In this document: piece by piece, positions 23,311 to 35,027 of the stretch
How the letters are laid out: every line of letters starts with the position of its first letter
How positions within the stretch are numbered: position 1 is the first letter of the stretch
Assembly (NCBI GenBank): GCA_964019425.1
Contig: OZ025780.1
Span: 1,674,001 to 1,738,000 of the forward strand
Length of the DNA: 64,000 bases
Source of the DNA: Flectonema sp. DT1601
Taxonomy: Eukaryota
Reading direction: 5' to 3'
Program-made: the position numbers and the translations under genes
Notes under the pieces: model-generated
Databases searched by the model: none
What the model saw: the letters and a program-made list of their open reading frames with translations, nothing else
What the model was told of the DNA's origin: nothing

Positions 23311-24129
23311 ATGAGTTTAGTACTTAGGTCAAGCAGGGTTTTGCGTACGGCTTTTCGTCCTAGTGCTCCTCTTCATGGAGCACTTCGACCAACTGGAGTC
23401 AGGTTTTTGAAGATGGCATTGCATCCTGATGACCCTCGTAACTTGGAGACAAAAGAGTACGTTGATGAAAACCAAACTAGACTACAGAAAGTTGCTAGAC
23501 CTGGAACTAAACCGGGAAACGCTCTTCAATGGGTTATGACCAAATTGGTACACTTTAGAGACTTTGCTTTCGCTTCATCTCTTTGGCCGCTTACGTTTGG
23601 ACTTGCCTGTTGTGCCGTTGAAATGATGCACACGATGTGTTCCCGTTACGATCTTGATAGATTTGGGATTGTTCCTCGTGCTGTGCCTAAGTATGATTAT
23701 GACAGTCTTATTAAAAAAAAAAAAAAAAATCATTTTAATTTTTTTAAAACAAACAAACAAACAGACAAGCTGACTTAATCATCGTAAGTGGAACTCTTTG
23801 TAATAAAATGGCTCCCATGTTTCGAGTCTGTTATGATCAGATGCCTTATCCAAAGTGGATAGTTTCTATGGTTTGTGATTTTTTATTTATTTTTTTTATT
23901 GTGTTTTTTTATTTTAACAAAAAATGTGTTAAAATAACAAAAAAATCAGGGATCATGTGCGAACGGAGGAGGTTACTACCACTATTCCTATTCAGTGGTA
24001 CGAGGTTGTGATCAAATAGTACCAGTTGATTGTTATGTACCTGGGTGTCCTCCACCGGCAGAAGCTCTTTTATACGGACTCCTACTGCTATCAAGGAAGA
24101 TTAGAAATCAGGAGATTCACACAATCTAG
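23311..24129 (+). CDS. NDUFS7: NADH:ubiquinone oxidoreductase PSST/20 kDa Fe-S subunit (221 aa), join(23311..23690,23765..23870,23950..24129)
   Basis: [32 protein letters not shown] and VPGCPP motifs after removing two introns; Arg-rich mitochondrial presequence. Confidence 0.96.
23691..23764 (+). other. Spliceosomal intron, 74 nt, phase 2
   Basis: GTATGA...(AAAC)n-AG; gives VPRAVPK|QAD, matching NDUFS7 spacing. Confidence 0.93.
23871..23949 (+). other. Spliceosomal intron, 79 nt, phase 0
   Basis: GTTTGT, T-rich then A-rich, AAAAATCAG; gives VSM|GSCANG. Confidence 0.95.
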
Positions 24130-24205
24130 GGAGGTCTACCTTCTTAATCGTTGTACGAAAGACGAGAAGCATTTTGTTTCTGGAATGATGGAAAATGGTG
24201 ATTAG

Positions 24206-24237
<32 letters not shown>

Positions 24238-24975
24238 ACTATTTCCATAACAACCACGCAGGGGAACTTTTTTTTTCTTCTAATTTTAAAAAAAAAAAAA
24301 GTTCGAATCGTTATTCCCGTGTAGCATAATGTCTTTTATGGCGTTATCGTTTCTTACGGTTTCGCGACGATCAACGTTGAGGTTAGGGACCCTGAGTTCA
24401 GTCTGTGGGGATATTTCCCTATTTTTTTTTTTAAATTTTTATTAGCGACATTTTTTATTTCGTATCGTAGTCTCTGTCTGTACTACAGGCCGTATAAGAC
24501 TATGAGTGTACAAAAAAAAAAAAAGGAAGAAGAAGAAAAATAGCAGAAAGTGTTTTTGTCATCTCGGTTTTCTTAAGTTTGGTTTAAGTGAATGATATTT
24601 CTCAGTTTTTTTTTTTTTTTTTTTTTTTTTTGTTTGTTGAGTTTACAAAGAAAAAAAAAAAAAAAAAAAAACCGAAAAATTCACTTTCGGTTTTTAGAAC
24701 AATAGCAGGCACGCCGAATAGTAGTGTTTTCTAATGTCATTCGTGAACTATTTTGTCGTATTTTTGTAGCATTCTATTTTTTTTAAAAAAAAAAAATTGA
24801 TTTGACCTCCATCTTAACTAAGACACCATACAATGACGTTACTGCTTGGATGTTTATTTCGTGAGACACGACTAACTGAATTGTAATAATAGTATTTTCT
24901 CTCCCTTCAGATCGAAGAAAACACACACGAAAATAAGAAGCAAATAAAAAAAAAAAAGAGTAAAAAAAAAAAAAA

Positions 24976-26200
24976 ATGATGCGTTGTTTCACTACTCTAA
25001 TGCTATCAGCGGTGGTTACTGGTGAAATAATTTATCCTAAAGTCTTGGGGAATCCAGCTCTTGGACATGAAGGAATTAAGATGTTGAAAATATACATGGG
25101 AAAAGTAACACTGAGTTATCACTATGGTGCTTTTGGTTTATGTACTGAAGACTACGATGCGAATGGTGTTAAGAATGGGTATTCCAAGCTGACGTTAAAT
25201 GACCGTCAGATTTACAAGCAGAAATACTCCGACAGGTGTTCCACTCCTGTAGGAAGAGCAGAACTCACTAACACAGAATTGCAACTCGACAGTGGTGATC
25301 CATACAGAATGTTACAATATATACAAAAGATAAACAATGGAGGCTATGACTTTAAAGAGTATGCCTCAGGTGATTGCCACCCATCTCTCGCAATTAAAGC
25401 AACCGACGTAAAGAAAAAGGTCAGTAGTGGTCCATCACTACTACCACTTCACCCAATTGGTATTTGTACCAAGTCGGAGATTGACTCTTTCGGATTAGCT
25501 AGAGATGGGACTATCTGTATTGAGAAGAGAAGGTTCACAAACCCATCTTGTTCAGGAACTCCTAGTAATACTCGTTTGAAATTATACAACACCTGTTTTG
25601 CGAAGGAGGGTTCTTCCTATGCTGACTTCATTACGTTTACGGGATTTACTCCTGACGATTTAAAGGAAGCATTGTGCATGCGTGCATTGATTGATAAAAC
25701 ATTCTCACCTTCAGGTACCTGCGGTGATATTCCAGCGGCGGACACCGCTGAGCTTTGTAAGGAGATTGGTCTTAACATTCATGAAGTTACGCATTCTCCT
25801 CCTACTGGATCGGGTTCAGGCAGTTCAACGTCAGTTGCAGCGACTCTCTTTGTATGTATTTTTATGTTTAGATGTACATGTGATCTACAAAACAACAACA
25901 AACAAAAAAAATAACAACAAACAGATAATCTTCTTAGTATTAGTATTCTTGTACTGCTTTATTGGTGCTGGATGGAGATATCAACACGGGGCTAAGGGGC
26001 TAGCATTGATTCCTCATCACGAAGCACTATCAAAGCTTGCTGACAGAAAACGTGGATGGTTCCAAGTCACAGGTGCTCAACAAAGTGAACTCGACTTCGT
26101 TGAAGATGAAAGTGTTAACGAGTTGCAGGATTCTAATGACGTTCTCGACGTTATTGAAGACACCGACATGGTCGGAGATGTTGATGTTACAGTGCAGTAA
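24976..26200 (+). CDS. Type I membrane protein with ATG27/cation-dependent M6P-receptor-like TM and cytosolic motif (383 aa), join(24976..25851,25925..26200)
   Basis: Signal peptide, Cys-containing lumenal part, Ser/Gly linker, TM split by the intron, YCFIGAGWRYQHGAKGLALIPH motif, acidic tail. Confidence 0.7.
25852..25924 (+). other. Spliceosomal intron, 73 nt, phase 0
   Basis: GTATGT...(CAA/A)-rich-CAG; joins two halves of one TM helix. Confidence 0.88.
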
Positions 26201-27817
26201 TCTTTTCTTTACCTACACAATTTTTTGATACAAGTCTTTTTATCGCGGTAGGTTTATCTTTCTTGACCTTCCAGCTGAGGCGTTTCCCGTATTGAGGGCC
26301 GTCCTTGTTTCGTGTTTTGGTAACTTCCTTACGATTTTCGTTGGAGTTCCTGCTATTTTCTTCGTTCAATTTTTTTTAGTTTGGGAGTTCGGAATTTTTG
26401 CACACGTCGCCGTGCTGATTAAGCGTTTTTAGTTTTTTCTTTTTTTTTTTTTGCATATAAAAATCTAAATAATAACGCTGTGTCACATCAACGATCAATA
26501 AAGAGGAAAAAAAAAATGCGGCGGACTTCTTTTTACTGAGACCTTTTTATTTTTTTTTATAGAAAATTCTTACTTATTATTAACTAATTCTGTCTTAATG
26601 TGTACTTTCTCTTTTTGTAGTTTGTGCCTAGCCCCCCTCTTCCATATGTTGATCGGAGTTGCTTATACAATTTTGGGGGAGGATCCATGCTATTTTTGAG
26701 GAAAAAAAATAAAAAAAATTAAAAAAAAAAATATTAACGTGATTCTAATTAAATATTCTTATACTGAAAAAAAAAAAAACAAAAAAAAAAATAGGTTTTT
26801 GAGGTAGGATGCTATGTGTTAGTTGGAGATTTAGGAAAAACCACAAAAAATAGCCTTGAGAGGCAAATCGCCGATAACCTTCATCGGAAGACCTCCCCAA
26901 TATCGGTTTTGTCTTCCTTTGAAAAAAAAAATAAAAATAATCGAACGTACTGCAAAACAGGCGCTCTATCAAAGTGGTGAGGAGCTGAGCCTTCGAAATC
27001 CTAATATTGAGCGGCCGGTACGTATTTAGGGTGGAGCTTAGCAACGTGAGTAAGAAAAAGAAGAAAGAAAAAAAGAAAAAAAAAACCGTCTTCCTTTCCA
27101 CCTTTTTTCTGGCATTGATCTTGTGGTTTCTATTAACTAAAATTTGAACATTTATTTTATTTAAAGTTGTTGTAGATAAACAAAAATGAGGTAATTAAAA
27201 TGCCCGATCGCGTTTTCCCTTATGTGAACCGAATTAATATAAAAGTCTTCTTTTCCCCTTCCTCCCCTTTCTCCCAATTCCTATTATTTGGGTCCGACGC
27301 AGTTATGACCATAAACTGACTGCCATCTTATCTGATCGTTTTCATTTCTTACTGAGAGATACTGCCCGATTTTTATGGTGCTTTTATAGGGTAAGCTTTG
27401 AACGAGAACGATCCTCGGTACCGTTCCGGGGGTTTCTATTTTCTTCCTGTGTATGTCATGTGATCGTATTATAAAGAAAGATTCTGTATGGAATAAAAAA
27501 GATTTTTTATTTTATTTTTTTTTTCACTTTCCCCAACTCCTGGATCATTTTTTTTTCCCTTCTTTTCTTTAGTTGTTTTTTTCAACCTGGCCTCTAGGCA
27601 AGGTGGGACTGGGAGTCGATCTTCCGGCCGAAGCTATAAAACTACAATCATCGCGATTGAGTCCTTACTGATGCGGGCCACTCAGACCCCTCGTAGTCTT
27701 CAGTTCTGTATTGTGCTTTGATTCTTTTTTTTGATTGACTGATAATTATTAATACGAACTATTATTAGGTCTGAAGAAAGATGTTTTCCTATGAATTTTT
27801 GATTTTGATTTTGATTT

Positions 27818-27855
<38 letters not shown>

Positions 27856-28234
27856 ATTGACATATTCATACTAACTAACTAATGGATGACCCAAAAGAAA
27901 GATTTCTTTTTTAAAATTTTATCCCGAGAAGCCTAACATTATTTGTTTGTTGTCCTACGATTTTTTTTTGAATTTCATTTTTTTTTTTTTCAATTTGACT
28001 GATATTTATTAAATACCGATTATTTCATGACAACGATGCCTGGGATAAGTATTTTTCTTTTCTCATTGCTCGCGCCGATGAAAAAAAAAAAAAAAAAAAT
28101 TCAATAAAAAGGGATCTTGAAATTGAAATTTTTTTATAATTAAAAGTTTTTCTGTATCTTGTCTTGCAAACCAAAACTTATATTGTTCTTTTTTTCCCCA
28201 ACACAGCATTTAATTATTTTTCACATAATTTAAA

Positions 28235-28556
28235 ATGTCCATAGCTGGAAATCAATCTGTAGTATGTCGTTACCTTGTTGGATTGTATTAAGAAGTTTAT
28301 TGGAATTTAAAAAAAAAAAAAATAAATAATACAGACGGCTGCAGCAGCTTGGATGAGTTCACACAATTTCATAACCAGCACCAATATAATGGAAAAACCA
28401 TACGCTATCTCAGCATGTGGTGCTGATAGTTGTCCATCCACATATAAACAAGTCGATAGCTGTACTGGTGCTCCTTGCAACATCTGGATAAAAAAAAGTG
28501 GTTCAGAAGCCTGTCCACAAGGAACTGGTGACAGACTTGTATGTCGTAAACGGTAA
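28235..28556 (+). CDS. Small six-cysteine protein (82 aa), join(28235..28261,28335..28556)
   Basis: ATG after a Y-rich AG (28205-28206), 9-codon first exon, intron of consensus type and length, in-frame join to ORF 28353..28556. Confidence 0.65.
28262..28334 (+). other. Spliceosomal intron, 73 nt, phase 0
   Basis: GTATGT...poly(A)...TACAG; in frame. Confidence 0.7.
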
Positions 28557-28692
28557 TTAGACAGATATGATTAATTTACACTTTGATCCTCACATATCGT
28601 GGAGCTGTATTCGTTTTATGTTCCTTTCTATATAAAGTAAACTATTAATATTTAATCAGGAAGGCCACAAAGTATAAAGGTCTCACATAAAC

Positions 28693-31600
28693 ATGAATAC
28701 ATCGTACAGAATAGGAGATGAGGTACATGGAGCAATAAGTAATCAGTGGTGGAGGGGTGTTATTATTGAAGTCAATGCGATTGAGGGAGTAGCTCGGATA
28801 CGATGGGAAGATGATACTTCGTCGGAGTTAGGATTTGTTGATATTCGGTATCCTCCACCATCAACTCATGCTGCAGTAACCCCCCAGGACAGGTTTGGGT
28901 TTAGCTCTGGTGGATTACGTTCATTGGCTATGTCAAGACAGGCAATTCAAGAAGCAACCCCCCGAGCTCCTTTGGTGAGAAAACGAGGAGCGAATAACGT
29001 CCGAAAATCAAATTCTCAACGACTTACCAAAATAGTAACTCACACTCCATCGACACAATCAAAAAACGAATACGACTTTACCTACATGAAAGTTGTTCAG
29101 CACACACTGGCAACACCAAAACCTATTTGGTACAGTTGCGCTTTCTTAACTTTAGGAGCGATCTTCTTCTTACTTCTCATGATTTTGGTACCACCTTCTG
29201 AAGACACTAAAATCTGGTGGGGAGCATGTATAGTTTTTTGCGGTGCAACGGTGTTTCAGGTTTTGTTGTTTTTGAATAACGACCGTTTGGCTAGAAAGCT
29301 TAACCAGACATACATTGGTGGAGGGAGGCTACCAGAATTAATGAAGGGAGAAGAACTGGCAGAGGTTCTAAAAAGAGCGGAGCAAAAAGTAACTCAACGA
29401 CATGCGATGTTTGATATTGTAAATACATTGAGAGAGAGAATTGTTGACACTTGGCATAATTCACCAATCATTACTAGTATTGAGAATTGTTATAAGGCTG
29501 CGGGATTCAACAAGGCAGCTGACATCATTCATGATAAATCTGAAAGTGAAATAGATTGGTATGGAAAATGGCTTCCATTACATGAAGAAATGAAAACTAA
29601 AGATGGGAAGATATTAAAAGTTGAGTTCGGTTCGAATATGAGAAAGTTATATTTTCATTTGGGAGCCGGGTACTTAAACGGAGCCATGTACGGGGCGACC
29701 CCACGACCTATTCTACACGGAAAGAGGCAATGGGTTGAAAGTTTTCAAAATAATCCAGTTGAATTCAGATTCAAAGCCCTGTCTCTCCGAATTCGACAAA
29801 CAGCCACAGAAGTTGCGCAGTTCCTGGGTGCCGATCCCGACGATACTGTCCTCCTCACGAATCAAGATACTGCATTTTCGAGTATCATAAAAAGTCTTCC
29901 ATGGGAGTGTGGTGATTGTTTATTAGCCTTTGACTTCGGAAATTCAAATACATACAGAGCAGCTCACAAATACTTGGCCACAAGCCATGGTGTATTTATT
30001 GATTTTATAGATATTGAGCTTCCTATCTCTAATAAAGATATAAAAAAACAGGTAAAAAACCATCTTAAAATTCGTAAAAACAAAGGAGAGTTACCAAAAA
30101 TTGCACATGTGCCGCATGTGACTGCGTGTACTGCTTTTGTTTTACCGATTAGAGAATTGACAGAAATATTTCACAGTTTTAATATTTCTGTGATTGTTGA
30201 TGGTAATCAAGCTGTCGGTAACATTCCTGTTGATTTGTCAAAAATAAAAAGTGATTGGTACTATGGAATGCTAAGCAGATGGTTATTCGCAGCTCCAGGA
30301 GTCAGCTTCTTAGTAACTCAACCTCACAAACAAAAAGTAACGACAACTCTAACTGTTGCTTACAATGATGGAGATGGTTACACTAGTGAGTTTGGTTATA
30401 CTGGTCTTCAAGATTGGTCAGCATATTTCTCTTGCATTGATTCGTTTGATTTTATTAATAAGATGTGTGGTGGATTCCCAACAGTATACGAGTACAATAG
30501 TAGACAAGCTGTGAGAGCTGTTCATATTCTAACTACAGGATGGAACACAGCATGCTATCAAGGATCTTCTTCAAAGTATGGCTGCATGCCAATCGTTCTA
30601 TTGCCTGGAGGAACACATTCCCAAGAATGTGATGCGTTTACCCTAACGGAATACCTGATAGCAAAGTATCAAATTACAGCTCATATTTTATCTGTTCGTT
30701 TTGATGGGCATGACATACTAGCTGTCAGATGTTGTTGTCAAATCTACACTGATGATAATGATTGGTGTAGACTGCGAGATGCTATCTTACAAATTAACCC
30801 ACCACCACATACAAACCGTGAACCTTATAAACACTTAGAAATGAGTCCTGTTTTGATCGATTATCAACCTTGTAAGGACGCAATGGGTCGTACGCTTGAT
30901 GAAATTCAAGTAATTGATGAAGAAAGTGAACAAGATGAATTAATAAATAGTATCCAGTCAGGATCGTACGGTTCAATCACCATAGTAAGACCAGAGTCCT
31001 TTAATAGTCAAGGTTTTAGGAGGGATATTTATCAACCAACATATACAAACATAGTTCATCATTTGGTACAGGTCGCACCAAAGATTCTATTAATTATTAT
31101 CCCAGCGATTCTAATGTGGTGTTCTGTGATCTTGTTTATCTGTCTACTTGGGTTTTCAAAACCTAGTGATAGTATTGATGCTTGGAAATGTTGTGTTGCT
31201 TACTTGGTAGTTGCGGTTCTGTTTGTGTCGTATGCTGATCAAGGCATCCTTAAAAAGAAGAGAAAACTTAGAAAATATCAACCATCTCCGAAAGACATTT
31301 TACTGAGGAAAGGAATGGAAAATAAAATGGCGAAGCTCGTTGATAACAGAGAAAGCCTTTTATCTCAGTCATTGACTGACTTAGTGCCTGGGAATTTAGA
31401 GGCACTTGGATCAAAAGTTTATCGTCTTGCAGGAAGAATTCCACAGGCTCATGAAGACCCGAACCGACCACTGATTGAGTGGAATACCAGATGGACATCA
31501 CTCGGAAGTAATATGAGCCTTCGACCATTCAGCTCTACCATACTAAAAGTTGCTTACGGTAGTAACGTACGACGGTTATACTTTCGTCATGAAAAAGGAT

Positions 31601-32876
31601 ATATAAACGGAGCCTCGTATGGGGCCACACCTATCCCAATTATTGAAGCGCAGTATAAGTGGATGAAAATAATTCAACAAAATCCCTGGGAATGGAGATT
31701 TAAAAATTTATTCTCCCGAGTGAGTGAAGTAGAAGCCATGATCGCTAGTGAAATTAATTCTAACCCCGCTGACACAAAGTTAATGATAAATGCTAACGCG
31801 GCTACGTCAACAGTTTTAAAAAGTATCATTTGGAAAGACACCGACAGAATATTAATATTTGACATCGATTATGATGCGACTAAGCTGGCAGTTCAGTGGC
31901 TATCAAGGAGGTTCGGAATTACCGTTTTAACTATGAAAGTCAAACTACCAATCACAGACTATGACTTGTGTAATCAGCTGGGTGACTACCTTGCAGAAAT
32001 ACGCAATCGCAATCCGGAGGAGCTTCCGTTTCTTGCTAACTTCTGTCACATCACATCGAAAACTGCATATGAGTTTCCAGTCAGGAAACTGACTAAAGTC
32101 TTTCATTCATTTGGTTGCCTTGTTATGGTTGATGGTGCCCAAGCAGTGGGTCAGACCAGTGTAGATGTTCAGTCTTATGGATGTGATTGGTATTGTGGAA
32201 CACTTCACAAATGGATGTATACTTGTCCGGTATGTCTTACTAACAAATAATAAAAAAAAAAATTCAAAAAAAAAAAAAATAATAAAAAAAAAACCCCAAA
32301 CAGGGAGTTGCATTCTTGGTATCAAGAGAGGAAAAACATCGAGAAACCAAATCACTTACTGTGACTCCAGGAGATAACTCCTTTGGAAAATTATCGTATC
32401 AAAACATATCAGAAGATGTTAGCACATGGATAACTGCATTAGACTCAAGAGATTTCGTAGATTACGTCTTTGGTGGGATTCACAGCATAAGAAACGCTCT
32501 CTCTCAACAATGTAAGGAAGTAGTTTCATTCCTACAGTCTGAATGGAACACGACTGTTTTTCAAATCGACAGTGATGGAAAAGCACATTACAACTTACTT
32601 CCTATTATCCCTTTACCAAATGGTGAGGGTGCTTCACCTTTAGATGCTTTAAAAGTTATGGCGTATCTCGCAATGAAGCATGACCTGACAGCTTTTTGTA
32701 TGGTGATTCCTATAACTAAGAATGGAACAACAACAGATACTCTCTGTATTCGATGCACAATCCAAATATGGACTGATATGGATGACTGGAAAACTCTGGC
32801 GAAAGCAGTTAAAAGCCTCGGAGGTGACTACGGATCTCTGAATATAGTAAAAGGAGCAGTTTGGATGAAGGGATGA
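28693..32876 (+). CDS. Tudor-like domain followed by two [2 TM + class-V PLP-dependent aminotransferase/C-S lyase-like] modules (1369 aa), join(28693..32229,32304..32876)
   Basis: Two copies of YxNGAxYGATP, HxT, VDGxQAVG and DWYxG motifs; the second has HKW; resembles the isopenicillin N epimerase / Egt2 / L-cysteine desulfhydrase group. Confidence 0.85.
32230..32303 (+). other. Spliceosomal intron, 74 nt, phase 0
   Basis: GTATGT...TACTAAC...poly(A)...AAACAG; gives HKWMYTCP|GVAFL, parallel to FAAPGVSFL in copy 1. Confidence 0.92.
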
Positions 32877-33639
32877 TTTTTGTCTCCCCTGTTTTTAAAT
32901 TAGATTATTGGTTTCCTTTTTTTTTTTTTTTTTTTTTTTTTTGTTCTCTCCTCTCAGTCTTCGGTATCTTGCTGCTCACTGACAGACCCAGCAGTTTTAT
33001 TTATTTATTTTTGGAAATTTCTTGTCTTTCTTAATCGAGTGTTTTTCCCTTTACCATTTGATGCGAGGGCAGGTTTTTCCAAAAAAAAAAAAAAAAAAAA
33101 AAAAAACAGTACCAATATTTCTTCCCTTCTTTTTTTTAAAACTTTTTGTAGTTAATTCCAGCATCAAAAGTAAGTCAAACAACGTTCAAGTGTTCCTTCA
33201 GCGACATATTTATTTTGACAGTCGTTTGATACGCTGCCGCTGACAGTAGTTTTTCTTCAGTCGTAAGACATTAAAAATAATAATAATAATTCAATTTACG
33301 TTCTTTTTTTTTGCCATAATTTCGCAAGACCAATATTTTAATATTTTATTCGATTTAATAAAAGTTCTCTCTGTCTCCAGGTTGAAACCTTTATTATAGT
33401 TCTATTATCACTGTCAGTTTTTTTTTTGTTGTTGTTGTTTGTTGTTGTTGGCAGGACCAGTACTTTATCGAAACTAACAAAATAACTCCTTTCGAGATTA
33501 TTTAGAGATCTCTCGAAGAATTACTTTCTCTTTGAGGAGACACTTCAAATAATACTCGGTAGCATGTTGTTAACCTTTCCCTCGTTTTTTTTTTTCAGAT
33601 TTAATTAAACGTCGATGACATGTCCCCAAATCTATTCTT

Positions 33640-34545
33640 CATTCATACCAATGATGAGAGAGAGGTGAATAGGTATATAGATTACTCTCGAAACCCCTAA
33701 ATAGTTTACTTTAAAAGGCTAATAATAATAATAATAATAAGAAGTTAAGCATCACTAAAGTTCCCTTGTGTTGTACAATTCGGTTGTATCTTTCCTCCCA
33801 TTTTCCCCCCGTTGTGATATAATTATGGCCTTCTCAGTTTATACTTGGTACTTTATTTTTAGGTATTTTCAAAAGTCACCCTTTCTTCGTGGTACGTAGA
33901 CTACTCTCGCTATACAGTCCAATGATTTCGTTGAGAATTTTTTTTTTTTTTTTTTTTTGTACCGACGTAGTCGGAGAAGAAGCTATTCAGATTGAAAGCC
34001 GTTATTTCTTGTGATCATGACTTCCGTTTGCAACAGGATTCTGTCTGCGTTCAACGAAATATAAGGCTATTCTGAATGGTTTTTTTAAAGTGTGTTTGCT
34101 GGCGAGTCCTTTTCGGTTTATAGAACATCTTCTCTCCGAGTTATGGTTTTGTTGGTGGAGGTAGCAGTGAGAAGAAAACATTTGATTTCTTTTTAGTGTC
34201 TTTGACACCTTTTCCTTGATTTATATTAAGTTTTAATTTTTTATTTTTTTTTTTTATTGTTTCAGCGCTCTGTAATTGGCGACAGACAATCGAACGGTTT
34301 TCTTTTCCCCCCTCCTTTTCACTATTAGTGAGCTACGAACTAGTAACAGCAAAAAATATGTTTTTTTTATTTATGAACATGAAACTCAAAGTAACTACAT
34401 TCCAGTCCTGCAAACTGGAATGACTCAGTCTCAGCATTTGACTGACTTACTTCTACACCATACTGATGAGAGAGAATAGAGGTAAGAGGTATATGGATTA
34501 CTCTCGAAACCTAATAGTTACTTTAATATGCTAAGTTGCGCATCA
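33640..34545 (+). repeat. Diverged direct repeat of about 90-110 nt (copies about 33640-33755 and 34457-34545)
   Basis: Shared TGATGAGAGAGA, AGGTATAT, GATTACTCTCGAAACC, AATAGTT, TACTTTAA and GCATCAC in the same order. Confidence 0.8.
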
Positions 34546-34914
34546 CCCTTAGTCACTGTATTTAAAACTAATGTTAAATTATCTTTATGTTTTTATGATA
34601 CAACACAGTTGTAATTTTTACAAAATCGAACATACATCCCCCTCCTTTTTTTTCCCTCAACCAAAAACCCGTTGGAAACTAGTTGTTAAAATCTACGATG
34701 TGCGAGAATTCAATTTCCTCACAATCTGGTTTCCTTTGGTCAGCTTGGTTTTGATTTCGTTATATCGTTTTTTTACCACAAAAAAAAAAAAATAAACAAA
34801 ACTATATTTCAGAATATTTCTCAAAATTATATAATTTTTAAGTTGTTTAATAATGCTAGACTGGAACTGCCTGTCTGCGGTGGTAGCGAGTGTTCGTGTT
34901 ACGCTTTCAATGAT

Positions 34915-35027
34915 GTGAAAGCATGGCCTAATAACGATCCTTTGGTCTCGCTCCATGTTCAAGGGATGAAGCCGGAGGTGACAGAAATATTACCACAGGG
35001 ATAACTGGCTTATCGTTCATAGCGACG
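34915..35027 (+). pseudogene. Degenerate fragment of cytosolic LSU (28S-type) rRNA, domain V
   Basis: GTGAAAGCATGGCCTA..CGATCCTTT..GAGGTGACAGAAATATTACCACAGGGATAACTGGCTT..CGTTCATAGCGACG matches conserved eukaryotic LSU sequence, with about 10 nt deleted and no flanking rDNA. Confidence 0.85.

Noticed and set aside
24301..24415. tRNA-like A-box (TAGCATAATG) and B-box-like (GAGTTCAGTC) signals
   Set aside because: No consistent cloverleaf or acceptor stem could be built; at most a tRNA-derived relic; tRNAscan-SE would settle it
27796..27855. (GATTTT)n followed by long poly(T)
   Set aside because: Simple microsatellite typical of this genome's intergenic DNA; not telomeric
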